Positions 34,981 through 47,014 of a DNA stretch of 64,000 bases are shown in pieces; the first letter of the stretch is position 1; each line of letters starts with the position of its first letter. The position numbers and the translations under genes were made by a program. The notes beneath the pieces were generated by a model, which did no database searches, was not told the DNA's origin, and saw only the letters and a list, made by a program, of their open reading frames with translations. The stretch comes from Scenedesmus sp. PABB004. Lineage: Eukaryota. The DNA lies in the NCBI GenBank assembly GCA_014905635.1, contig JABVCE010000012.1:434001-498000 (forward strand), in the 5' to 3' direction.

Positions 34981-37900
34981 TCACGCGCGCCGCGCGCCGC
35001 CCTTCTTCTTGCCGCCGCAGAAGCCCTTGAGCACGCGCTTGAAGCGCGCGGGGTCAGACAGGCAGGCGCTGTCGGTGAGCTCGGCGACAAACGCGCGCTT
35101 CGCCGCGTCGCGCGCGCGCGCCCACGGCGCGCCGTCCGGCGGCGGCGCGCCGAGCACCGCGGCCTGCAGCCACGCGACGAAGCGAAGCCCGCCCGCCGCG
35201 GCCCAGACGCCGTGCAGCGCGAGCGCGACCGGCAGCACCACGTCCGGCGGCATCCTGCCCGACGCGGCGAGCAAGAGGCTCAGCACGAGCTCCGCGCCGC
35301 GCCCCGCCTCGAGCCGCGCGGCCAGCGCGCGCAGCACGGCGGCGCCGGCGCTGCCGCCCGCCGGCGCGCCGGCGCCGCCCGGCGGCGCGGCGCCGCCGCG
35401 CTGCTGCTGCTCGTCCAGCGGCGGCGCGCACGCCGCGCGCACGAGCGCCTGCGCCCACGCCAGCACCGCGGTGCACTGTGGCAGGTGGTACGTGCTTGTC
35501 GCCGCGAGGCCCAGGCTCAGCGCAGCGTCCAGGTCGGCCGCCGCCAGCAGGCCCGGGCACCGCTGCAGGCACGCCGCCGACAGCGCGAGCGCGGCCGCCG
35601 TGTGCTCGGGGTCGGCGCCGCCGCGCGCCGCGGCGATCGCCGCCCCCGCCGCGCCGAGCGCGCGCGCCAGGAGGGCCTGCAGCTGCGCCAGCAGCACCTG
35701 CTGCGCCTGCGCGCGCTCCGCCGTCGGCGCCGGCGCCGGCGGCAGCTCGCTGCACTCGCCGGCGGGCAGCACGCCCGCGGCCACCGCCGCCGCCGCGCAG
35801 CTGCACAGCAGCTGCAGGCAGCACGGCAGCTGCAGCAGCGCCGACGGCAGCTGCTCCAGCAGCGCGCACAGCTGCTGGAGCAGCACACCCGGCGCGAGCG
35901 CGTCGCCGCTGCCGCCGCTGCTGCGCTGGTCGCCGCGGGCCTGCTCCTGGTGGTGCTGCACGGCGACTGGCAGCGCGACCAGCAGGAAGCCGCACGCCGC
36001 GTCCAGCAGCGCGTGGGCAAACGCGGCGTGCGCCGGCTGCGCCGCCGCGGCCGCGGCCTGCATTGCCAGCATCACTGGCTGCGACGCGCGGAAGAGCAGC
36101 TGGGAGACGATGAACCCCGCGCGCCGCTGCTGCAACAGCGCCGCGGCCTCGGCCTCTGCCTGCTGCGCCTGTGCCTGCGCCGCCAGCTGCGCCGCGTGTG
36201 CCTGCGCCGCCAGCTGCACGTGCTGCTCGGCGGTGGCGTGAGCGCACGCCTCCTGCGCGGCGCCGACCGAGGGGGCTCGGGGCGCACCCCCCAACAGCAT
36301 GGCGCTGCTCACGTGGCTGCTGTCGCTGACGATCGACGCTGAGCACATGCTGGCGTCGTCGCCGCGCCAGCGCCCGCCCGCGCCCGCCACGGCCGCAAGC
36401 TGGTGCGACTGCACGCCACCCCCAGCCGCCACCGCCTGCGCGAGCTGCTGCTGGTGCCGCGGGTGTCGGCCGTGCAGCGACGCCCCCGGCGACGGCCTGG
36501 CAGCCCTGCCGGTCGGCAGGCCCGCCACCAGGCTGGCGAGCGCCCGGAAGCAGCTCACCGCCGCGCTGGTCGCTGCGAACAGCGCCTGCTGCTGCGCCTG
36601 CTGCTGCGCCTGCTGCTGCGCCTGCTGCTGGGCCAGCGGCGCCGGCCAGGCGCCGCGGAGGCAGCCGGCCAGCTCATCCGCCGCTGCGGTGAGCTGCGGC
36701 CCCACCAGCTGCAGCAGCACGCCCTCCACCTCGCCGCTGCTGCCGGCGTGCGCGACGGCCAGGCTGCAGAGCGCTAGCAGCAGCAGCTCCTCGGTCGGCT
36801 TGTCGTCGCCGAGGCCGGCGGCGGCGGCTGGGGGCGCGGGCCGGGGGCAGACAGGGGCGGGCGGGGCGCGGCACAAGCGGCAGGGTCAGCGCCGGGCCGC
36901 GCTCGCGGCAGGGCGGGGCGCAGCGCCCGCGGCGGCCGCGCAGGGCCGCGCCCCGCTGCCGGCCGGGCGCGGCGCACCTCCGCGCGCGGCGAGGGCGCCG
37001 CGGTGGCGGTACTGCACCAGCAGCTGCTGCACAAACGCGGGCTGCCCCCGCACGAGCTGCGCCGCGAGCGCGTCGCAGGACGCGAGGCGGTGCACGCAGG
37101 TCGCCGCGTTGCGCGCGAGCTTGTCGTCGCCCGAGCCCAGCGCCGCCGCGAGCGCGCCCAGCACCGCCGGCAGCGCCGCGGGGTGCTCCGCCAGCCAGGA
37201 CGCAAGGCCGCCGAGCAGCGTGAGCGCGGTGCCCGCCAGCTTCGGGCTGCCTGCGCGGCGAGGGGGGCGGCAGGGCGCAGCGGCGCGTGGGCGCGCTGCG
37301 CCGCGAGCGCGCGCGCCACGGGCCCGCGCGCGCGCCGCGGGCCCGCGCGCGCGCCCGCGCGCACCTCCCGGGTGCATGACCGCCGCGGCGGCGTGCTGCA
37401 CCAGCGCGTCGACCTGCGGCTCCGCCGCCCCGCCGCCACCGCGGCGCCGCGCCTCGCCGCCGAGCACCACGTTGGCCCCGTAGAGCGCCGCCTCGAGCTC
37501 CAGCCAGTCGCCGCCGCCGCCCGTGCACAGGCGGGCGTGGCCCCGCGCCGCGGCCGCCGCGACGAGCGCCAGCGCGGCCGGGCCGCCCAGCAGCGCCGAG
37601 ATGCCGCGCAGCGCGGCCGCGAGCTCGCGCCGCACCATGCGCGCCTCCTCGGGCAGGTCCCGCGCGTCCGCGCTCGCGCCCGCCGCCGCGACGCCGGGGC
37701 TCAGCCGCGCGCGGCGCAGCAGCGCGGGCGCGAGCGCCTCGAGCGCGCCGCGCTGCTGCACGAGCGCCGCCGGCCGCGCCTCAAGCGGCAGCGCCTGCAG
37801 CGCTGGGAGGTAGGTTTCGCCGAAAAAATCGACCGCGGCCATCGCGACGCCGTCGGCGCCCACGCCCACGCTCAGCAGCAGCTCGCGCAGCAGCACCTCC

Positions 37901-39143
37901 AGCAGGCCCGCCGGCGCGCCGCCGCCGCCGGCCGCAAGCGCGGGCCGCAGCAGCGCGGCCGCCGCGGCGCAGAGCACGCCCGTCCACGCCGCCTCGGCGT
38001 CGGCGCCGAGATGGCTGCGCACCACAGCGCCGAGCGGCGCCGCGTCGGCGGCCGCCTGCGCGGCGGCGGCGGCCTCCGGCCACGGCTGCGCGGCGCCGAC
38101 GGCGCCGCCCCCGGCGGCGGCCGCCGCTGCCGCCAGCCCCAGGTTTCGGTGCTCCGCCTCCAGCGCCGGCAGCACCGTGCCCTGCAGCTGCTGCAGCAGC
38201 AAGCGCAGCAGCTGCGCCGCGGGCTGCGCGCCGGCGCCGCTGCCGCTGCCGGCGTCGCGGCACGCGCCCAGCAGCGCCACCGCGGCCTCGCACGCGCGCA
38301 CCGCGGTGCCCTGGCTCAGCAGCGCGCCCGACAGCGCCTCGAGCGCCTCCGGGTGCGCCTCCAGGCCGCGCGGCGGCGCGCCGAGCTCGCACCACGCGGC
38401 GAGCGCGTCGCACGCGAGCGCCGACAGGCGGGGATTGCCGCTGCAGAGTGCCGCGCGCAGCGCCGGCGCCGGCAGGCTGCTCTGCGTGAGGCCGTCGGCG
38501 ACCGCGGTGCGGCGGTCGGGGTGCACCGACGTCGCCTTGCCCAGCGCCGCGCCCGGCAGCGCCGACAGCAGCTGCAGCAGTGCCGCAAGCGCGACGGGGT
38601 CGCGCGCGAGGTGCACGCCCAGCGTCGACTGGCTCGCCGCACTCGCCGCCGCCGTGGCCGCCGCAGCCGCCGCGACGGGCGCCGGCAGGAGCAGCGGCTG
38701 CAGTTCCTGCAGCAGCGCGCCGGGCTGCAGGCTCGGCGCGCGAACCGCGAGCGCCGCGGACGCCGCCGCGAGCTGCGCCGCCGGGGCCCACCACTCGCGC
38801 GACAGGCAGGCGCGCGCGTGCGCCGCGAGCGCGGCGAGCAGCGCGCGCAGCGTGCCGGGGTCGAGCACGTCCTGCTGCTTCAAACAGAGCGCGTGCAGCG
38901 CGTTGGCCGCGAAGAAGGCCGCCTGCTCCGTCGCCGCCGCGTCCAGCAGCGCCAGGCAGCCGCGCCACGCGCCCGGCGACGCGCGGAACGCCTGCAGCCA
39001 CGCGTCCGCGGGGCGCGCGCTGCGGGCGGCGGCGGCGGCGGTCGGCGGCGGCGGCGCTGGACCGCGTGCCGCACCTCCGCGTCCAGCGCCTCACCTCTCG
39101 GTGCCGCTGTACAGCGAATACACGGCGGCCTGCAGCTGCGCCA

Positions 39144-39190
<47 letters not shown>

Positions 39191-39222
39191 GGAGCCCCGG
39201 GCGCGCAGGCGCCGGGGTCCAT
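34981..39222 (-). CDS. Importin-beta family karyopherin (importin-13/transportin-3-like) with N-terminal polyQ
   Basis: MDPG...Q15 LAQLQAAVYSLY...ADAWLQAFRASPGAW..LL...AAFFAANAL (IBN_N-like), DWLELEAALY, HEAT-like helices, C-terminal RFKRVLKGFCGGKKKG. Multi-exon. Confidence 0.75.
39145..39189 (-). repeat. (CAG)15 coding microsatellite (polyQ)
   Basis: Direct reading. Confidence 0.9.
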
Positions 39223-39572
39223 GGCTCTGGAAATGGTGAGGCTGATGGCTCACGGCAGCGGCTACACTGCCCCGGGCGCGCTATACGTGCGGCCGCCGGC
39301 GACGGCGGCGGCCGCCGCTGCTCTGCGCCTGGGGCATGGCCGCCGCTGCTCGGCCAGGGGCCGTCGATGCAGCGCCTCTCTCACAACAGCGAACGCGCTG
39401 AGAGCGGCCGGCGGACGCAGGGCCGGCGCGCTGCTGTCGCCGCTGCACGCGGCGCCGCGCTGCAGTCGCGCCAGGCCTAGGACGGATGGGCGGTCTGCTG
39501 CTGCGAGCTCTGATGATCGCCCGCTGCCCGCCTGCGCAAGTCCAGTGTTGCAACGGCGCAGGCCCCGAACCG

Positions 39573-39644
39573 CCGCCGCCGCTCACGCGCGCGCGGCCGC
39601 CGCCGCTCACGCGCGCGCGGCCGCCGCCGCTCACGCGCGCGCGG
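39573..39644. repeat. 3 x 24-bp perfect tandem repeat overlapping the SDR stop codon
   Basis: Unit CCGCCGCCGCTCACGCGCGCGCGG at 39573, 39597 and 39621. Confidence 0.9.
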
Positions 39645-40978
39645 CCGCGACCTCGGCGAGCCCCGAGGCTTTGGAGTAGAGCCGGTCCATCACGCCCAGG
39701 GGGGCCAGCTTGCCCAGCCACCACACAAAGCTGCTCAGCTTGCCGGCCACGTAGTGCGCCGGCGGCGGCCGCGGGCTCAGCGCCATGTCCACAAAGCCGC
39801 GCGCAAACTCGGCCGGCGGCGTGCCGCCGGCGATGCCCTCCGTGCGCTCGACCCAGTCGCGGCACTTGGCCGACGCGGCGTAGGGGCTGTCCTTGGCCAG
39901 GCAGTTGAGCCCGCTCGCGCGCGACTTGGCGTCCAGCTCCGTCGCGATGAAGCCTGACGCGCGCGTGTGCGCGTGCGTGTGGCGCGCGGGCGCGCGCGGG
40001 CGGTCTGGAGTCGGCGAGCGCGAGGGGCGCGGGGACGCGCGGCGCGGTGCCGTCGCGTGCGCGCGGCGCGGGGCGCGCACCCGGCGCGGCGTAGACCACA
40101 CGCACGCCGAGCGGCGCCAGCTCTGCGCGCAGCGCGTCGCTGACCGACATCAGCGCCGCCTTGCTCGACGAATATGCCGCCCAGAAGGGCTGCGCGGGGC
40201 GCGGCGGGCGGCGGCGGCGCGTGAGCTGGAGGCGCGTGGGCTCGAGGCGCGCGCGGCGTAGGTGCGTGGGCACGTGCGCAATGCGCGGGGGCGGGCAGCC
40301 ACGCTGCGCCGGCGCGCCTGTGACGTATAGCTCGCGATGCTTCCGACGTTTATGATCGTGCCTGCGACCGGGAGCAGGGCGGGGCGGGGCGGGGCCCGGG
40401 CGGGCGTGATGCCAAGCGCGCGGCCGGGCTCGCCCGAGCGCGCGGCGTGCGCAGAAAGCGCGGCGCGTGCGGCGCGCGCACCGCTGCCGCGCGCGACCAT
40501 GTGCGGCGCGGCGGCCTGCAGGACGTCGAGCGCGCCGAAGAAGTTCACCGCGAAGACGTGCTGGAAGTGCGCGCGCCCCGCCTCGGCGGCCGGGGCCTTG
40601 GCGAGCACGCCGGCGTTGTTGACCAGCACATCCAGCCGGCCCTCCGCCGCCATGACCGCGCCCTGCACAGCGCAGCGCAGCGCACGGGACGGTGGGACGC
40701 GCGGGCGTGGCCAGCGCGGCGGGGGGGGGGGGGGGGGGGGGGGGGGGGGCGCGGGCGCGCGCGCGCGCGCGCACCAGCGCCGCGGCGACAGAGTCGGGCT
40801 GCGTGACGTCCAGCTGCAGCAGGCGGCACCCGAGCGGCTCGAGGCCGGCCATGGCGGCGAGCGAGCGCGCGGTCGCGAACACGACGCAGCCGCGCCGAGC
40901 GAACTCGGCGGCCAGGTGCCAGCCGATGCCGCCCGACGAGCAGCCGGTGATGAGCACGACCGCCGGCTGCGGCGCCAT
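39631..40978 (-). CDS. Short-chain dehydrogenase/reductase (classical SDR, 1-acyl-DHAP reductase-like)
   Basis: VLITGCSSGGIG, FATAR, LQLDVT, LDVLVNNAG, INVGS, catalytic YSSSK, GFIAT. Multi-exon. Confidence 0.9.
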
Positions 40979-41477
40979 GGCGGCAGCTGCAGGGCCGCGG
41001 GCGGTCGGCGCAGCGGCGGCGGCCACTCGTTTGCGGCACGCGACGTGGCGGGCTGCGTCGTGGCTGGTGACGTGGGAGTTCCGCTTGAGAGCACAAGGCG
41101 CGCGGCGTGGAGGCAATTGGGTGCTCCTCCGCGCCGGCGCGGCGCGCAAAAGCGCTCGTGACGGCGCTGCTGTCACGTGTGGTCCCTCGCGCTGCCGCGA
41201 GCGTTCGCCCCGCACGAGAGCCCGCTCACGCCGTTATCGGAAGCTCCGCAGCGCCTCTGCGTCGCAGGCGACGCAGAGGTTGCGGCCATCTACGCGCTGC
41301 TGCTCCGCGCTCGGGGACCGACCGATCCCCGCGCCCCGGCTGGCACAGGTCCAAGCCCGGCCCGAGCGCGCCGGCGGCGCCGCCGCCCGCCGCCGCGCGG
41401 CAGCGGCAGCAGCGGCGGCGGCGGTTGGGCGCGCCGCTGCTGCGCTCGCCGCCGCTCGCGCGCGGGCCGCGCTGGCG

Positions 41478-44421
41478 GTGGAGCAGCGTCCCGGGACCTT
41501 CTCGCCCCGCGGCGAGCGTGGCAGCTTTGGGCTGGACGGCGGCGAGGGCAAGGGCCGCAAGCAGCGCGCCGCGAGGGGGCTGGCCGCCGGCCTCGGCCGG
41601 CTGCGGCGGCCCAGCCCCCTCGCGGCGGGCGCGGCGCTGGTGGTGGGCCTGCTGCTGCTGGTGGTGCTGGCGGCGCTCGCCGCGGTGCGGGGGCGGCCAA
41701 AGGTGCGGGCAGCGGCGGCTCGCGCGGCGGCGGCCAGCTCAGCGACGGCGCCAGCGAGCAGCGGCGGGCGCGACGGGCGGCCGCGGCTGGGCGCCAAGCG
41801 AGCCCGCACGCCGCAGATCGACCCGCGGCTGTCGGCGTCGCTGCCCGACGCGCCGGACGAGTGCTCCGCGGCGCTGCGCAGCAAGATCGCCTGGGGCGTG
41901 GCCACGTCGGCGTACCAGGTGCGCCGCGGCGCCCGCCCGCCCGCGTGCCCGCGCCCCGCCGCGCCCCCTCGCCGCGCCGCCGCGCACCACGTCGCCGCCG
42001 CCGCCGCCGCCACGCGCAGGTCGAGGGCGCCGCGTCGGAGGGCGGGCGCAGCCCGAGCATCTGGGACGCCTTCTCGGCGCGCCCCGGCGCCGTCGCGGGC
42101 AACGCGACCGGGTCGGTCGCGGCGGACCACTACCATCACTTCCGGGACGACATCCGCTTGATGGTCGCGCTCGGCGTCAAGCACTACAGGCGCGGCGGCG
42201 GCCGCGGCGGCGGCGGCGGCAGGGTGAAGGGTTGAGGGGGGGGGGGTCGGCGCCGAGGGTTTTGGGGGCGTGGCGGCAGCGGCGGTTGCGTGAGCTGCGG
42301 GTGTCGGCGGCGGCGCGCCCACGCGCCGCGCGCCGCCGCGCGCCGCCGCGCGCCGCCGCGCGGCAGGCTGTCGCTGTCGTGGACCCGCGTGCTGCCGGGC
42401 GCGGGGCGCGGCAGCGAGCCGAGCGGCGCTGGGCTGCGCTTCTACCGCCGCCTGCTGCGCGAGCTGCACGCCGCCGGCATCACGCCCGTCGTCACGCTCT
42501 GCCACATGGACCTGCCGCAGGCGCTGCAGGCGCGCGCCGCCCGCGCCGCCACCCGCGCCGCCACCCGCGCCGCCACCCGCGCCGCCCGCGCCGACACCCG
42601 CGCGCCGGCACCCGCCCGCCTCCCCCCTGCGCCCTCCTCCCCTCCCCGCTGCGCCCCATGCCCCGCCCCTGCGCCCCGCGCCGCCCTCCGCTCCCCGCTT
42701 GCAGGACGCGTACGGCGGCGCGCTGGACCCGCAGCTCGCAGACGACTTCCTGTACTATGCGGATACTGTCTTTGCGGCGCTCGGGGGCTATGTGAAGCAC
42801 TGGCTCACCTTCAGCGAGCCCATGGCGATGTGCCAGCTCGGCTACGGCGTCGGCGCGTACGCGCCGGGGCTCGCGCGCGGCGCGGCGGGGCAGTATGCGT
42901 GCGGGCACGCGCTGCTGCTCGCGCACGGCCGCGCGGCGCAGCTCTACCGGCAGAAGTACGGCCAGGCGCAGGGCGGGCGCGTGAGCATCGCGCTCGCCGC
43001 GCACTGGGGGCTGCCCTACGACCCCGCCAGCACGGCGGGTGCGCGCCGCCGCCGCACGCTGCGCGCCGCGCGCCGCGCGCCTCGCTTGCCCCTCGCTTGC
43101 CTGCCCGTCCCTCTCCGCCGCGTGCGACACCGCCTCCGCGCCGGCGCGAATCAACGCTCACAAACACACGCCGCCCGCCGCCGCCGCGGCGTCGTGCCCC
43201 AGACGTCAACGCGACCGAGCTCTACATGACCTTCCAGCTCGGGTGGCTCGCCGACCCGCTGTTCTTCGGCGACTACCCCGAGGCCATGCGGCGCAGCCAG
43301 CCGTCCCTGCCGCGGCTCAAGCCGTCCGAGCGGGCGTTGCTCACGGGCAGCGTCGACTTTGTGGCCATCAACTACTACACCAGCCACTTTGTGCGCGCGC
43401 CGCCGCCGGGCGCGCCGCGCGACCAGGTGCGCGCCGGCGCGGCAGAGGCGCGGCGGCGGCGCGGCGCGCGGGGCGCGCGGCGCGGCGGGCCCGCCGCCGC
43501 CGGCCACCGGCCGCGCCGACCCCGCGCCCCGCTCGCTGGCGCACGTTGCGACGCACGCGCCGCCACGCGCGCCAGCTGTACGAGGAGTCGCTGACGGACC
43601 ACGCCGGCGCGTACCCGGGGCCGCCGAGCGACACGTTCTGGCAGTTCACCGCCCCGGGCGGCCTGCGGTCGACGCTCGCGTGGATTGGGCGGCGCTACCA
43701 GCGCCCCGAGGTGTGGGTGACAGAGAACGGCGTCGCGTCGCCGGGCGAGGGCCGGCTGGAGCGGCGCGACGCGCTCAAGGACCGGCACCGCCTCGACTTT
43801 TACCGGTGCGGGCTCGTGTCTGTGCGGGCGCGCGGGCGCGTGTGTGCGTGCGTGTGTTGGGAGGGGATGACCGGCACGCCTCGCGCGCCCAGCCCACGCG
43901 CCGCCGCCCGCCCCCTCCGCCGCGCGCCCCCGCGCGCCAGGTCGAGCCTCGACGCGCTGTGCGCGGCGGTCACGCGCGACAACGCCAACCTGGCGGCCTA
44001 CTTTGCGTGGAGCCTGCTCGACGGCTTTGAGTGGTCCGACGGCTACGGCCCGCGCTACGGCCTCGTGCTCGTCGACCGGGCGAGCCCCCGCCTGGCGCGC
44101 TACCCCAAGCTCTCGGCCTACTGGCTCGCCACGCACTTCTTCAGGTGCGTGTTTTGTGGGTGTTTTAGACAGAGAGAATGTGCGTGTGTGTGCGTGTGTG
44201 TGTGTGGGTGTGTGTGTGGGTGTGTGGGTGTGGGTGTGGGTGTGGGTGTGGGTGGGGCGGGGGAGGGCGCGGCGCAGCTGCACGGGGCAGGCGGCGCTGC
44301 GCGGCGGCGCGACGCGCGGACGCCGCGCCGTCCGCGCCGCAGGTACGCGCCGGACAGCATCGCGTGCCTGGAGATCCGCAGCTGCCGCGCGCAGCGCAGC
44401 TCGCTGCTGCCCGTGCGGTAG
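41478..44421 (+). CDS. Glycoside hydrolase family 1 (beta-glucosidase-like) with N-terminal transmembrane anchor; start uncertain
   Basis: [78 protein letters not shown] across multiple exons. Hydrophobic [18 protein letters not shown] upstream. The given start is a candidate GTG. Confidence 0.85.
44179..44252. repeat. (GT)n/(GGGTGT)n intronic microsatellite
   Basis: Direct reading. A similar (GT/GA) tract lies at about 49649-49712 and a poly-G run at about 40720-40749. Confidence 0.85.
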
Positions 44422-45167
44422 CGGCGGCGGCGGCGGCGCGCCGCGCTCAGGAGCAGCGCTCGGGGGAGCGGCCGATTCTTTGCACATAGGGCGGCGCGCC
44501 GGGCTGAGACACTGCCCGCTGCGCCGGAAGTGTTCATGCAACGTCTGCCACGCTGGCTGGGCGGCGGCGACCGGCGGTGCAGGGCCCAGGGCGCAGGCGC
44601 CGCCCGGCCGGCTGCCCGCCGCCGCCGAGGAGCCCCCCCCCCCCCCCGCGTGCCGCCCACAGCTGCCCACAGCCGCCTCCCCCCCTGCCACACACGCACA
44701 AGCGCCGGCTGCACCGCCCACAGCGCCCGCACGCACCGCGCCGCCGCCGCCCAGCCCCCGCCCCCGCCCACGGCGCGCCCCTGGCCAGGCGGGGCGCGGA
44801 TCCGCGCCCCGTCCGGACCTGCGGGCGCCTGGTGACTAGGCCGTGCCGCCCAGCGCAGCGCCAGGCGAGCCGGGCGCGCGGGCAGGCGGGGAGGGCAGCA
44901 GCGGCGGCGGGCGGGCCGCGCCGCGCGGCGCCCGCTGCGGGCGGCGGGGGCTGCGGCGGTGCGCGGCGAGCGGGCGTGTGGCCTGGGCCGCCGGGCCTGC
45001 GCGCCCCGGGCGCCGCTGGCAGGCCCGCCGCCGCGCCGCCGCGCCGGGGCGGGGGCGGGCGCCGCGCGCTGCTGCTGCTGCGCTCACGCCGCCCGCGCGC
45101 TCGCCCGCTGCTGCCAGTGCTCCGCCTGCTGCTCCCTGGTGGCCCGCAGGCTGTCAGAGGCGGTGCC

Positions 45168-46149
45168 ATGTCTGCTGCGCCGGCGGGCAAGCGGCGCGAG
45201 GCGGCGGCGCGCGGCGAGGAGGCGAGGTGGGCGCGCAGCCGTTGGCCAGGCGGGCGCTGAGCACGGGCCAGCAGCCGCAGCGCGCGCCGCCCCACCGCTG
45301 GCCCGCCGCCGTGCCCCCCCCCCCCCCAGCAGCCCGCCGCCGGACCTGCCCGAGCCGCTCGTGCTGCACGTCCTGGGCTTCCTGCCGCCGGCCCTGCGGG
45401 CGTGGACCGCCAGGCTGGTGTGCAAGGCGGCGCGCGAGCGCTTCCGCGGCGCCACGGTCGTCTCGCTGCGCTGCCCCGAGCTGCCGCTGGCGGCGGTGCA
45501 GGAGGCGTGGCGGGCGGTGCAGGGTGCCGGGTTAACCCTGCAGCGGCCGCAGCTGATCGGGGCGCGCGCGGCGTGCGGCGACGTGGCGGGGCTGGCCTGG
45601 CTGCACTGGGCCGGCTGCGGCATGGGCGGCGTGTGCTTGCAAGCAGCGGAGCACGGCCAGCTCGCCGTGCTGGAGTGGGCGCGCGGCGAAGGGCTGGACC
45701 TAAAGGAAGTTTGCAAAGCAGCAGCATGGCACGGGCAGCTCGCCGTGCTGGAGTGGGCGCGCGACCAGGGGCTGGACCTGCGGGACGTGTGCTGGGCAGC
45801 AGCCGGGGGCGGGCACCTGGATGTGCTGCACTGGGCGCGCGCGCAGGCGCCGCCGCTGCCGTGGGGCGACAACGTGTGCTCCTGGGCTGCACGGCGCGGC
45901 GACCTTGAGATGCTGCGCTGGGCGCGCGCCCAGGCCGAGCCCGCGCCGTGGGGCGAGCACGTGTGCTGCGTGGCGGCTCAGTTTGGGCAGCTGGAGGTGC
46001 TGCGCTGGCTGCGCGCACACGGCTGCCCCTGGTGGCGCGGCGAGTGCGAGCGCAAGGCGGCACTCTACGGCCGCGTGGCCGTGGTCGCGTGGGTCCGGGC
46101 GCAGCCCGCGTCGCCGGACGATGGCCCTATCGTTGGCTTTTTTGGCTGA
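45168..46149 (+). CDS. F-box-like/ankyrin-like repeat protein, cassette H (intact, one extra repeat)
   Basis: Exons 45168-45226 and 45330-46149. Two consecutive GQLAVLEWAR repeats; tail DDGPIVGFFG*. Confidence 0.8.
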
Positions 46150-47014
46150 AGCTCGGACGCGGACCTCGATTGGGGCGAGGCAAGGCGGGCCCGTGGCTGG
46201 GCGCGCGTGCGTGCGCGGGGCGCTGCCTGCGGCCTGGTGCGCGCGTGCGCGCGTGGCGAGGAAGAGGGAGAGGGAAGTTGGCGGCGGCGAGGCGGCGCGT
46301 GCTGGCAACCGGCCAACCGCGCACACAGGGTGGCTGGACGGCCTGCGCTCCCGCGCCGTCGCTGGGCACTGACAGCTGCGGCACGTCGCCGCGCCGCGCC
46401 GCGCCCGCCCGGCAGCGGGGGCACGTGGGCGGCGGGCCCAGGGCGCAGGGCCCAGGCGCCGCCCGGCCGGCTGCCCGCGCCGCCGCCGAGGAGGCCCCCC
46501 ACGCGCGCCGCCCCGCTGCCCACAACCGCCACCCTCAGCGCCTCCCTGCCACACGCACACGCGCACAAGCGCCCGCCGCGGCCCTCACAGCTCCCGCACG
46601 CACCGCGCCGCCGCCGCCCAGCGCCCGCCCCCGCCCGCGGCGCGCCCCTGGCCAGACGCGGCGCGCCCCTGCGGGCGCCTGACGGTCGGGCCGTGCCGCC
46701 CAGCGCAGCGCCAGGCGAGCCGGGCGCGCGGGCAGGCGGGGAGGGCAGCAGCAGCGGCAGGCGGGCCGCGCTGCGCGGCGCCCGCTGCGGGCGGCGGGGG
46801 CACCGACGGTGCGCGACGGGCGGGCGTGTGGCGTGGGCCGCCGGGCCTGCGCGCCTCGGGCGTCGCTGGCGGGCCCGCCGCCGCGCCGCCGCGCCGGGGG
46901 GGCCCGGGCGCCGCGCTCTGCTGCTGCTGCGCTCACGCCGCCCGCGCGCTCGCCCGCTGCTGCCGGTGCCCCGCCTGCTGCTCGCAGGTGGCCCGCAGGC
47001 TGTCAGGTGGCGTC

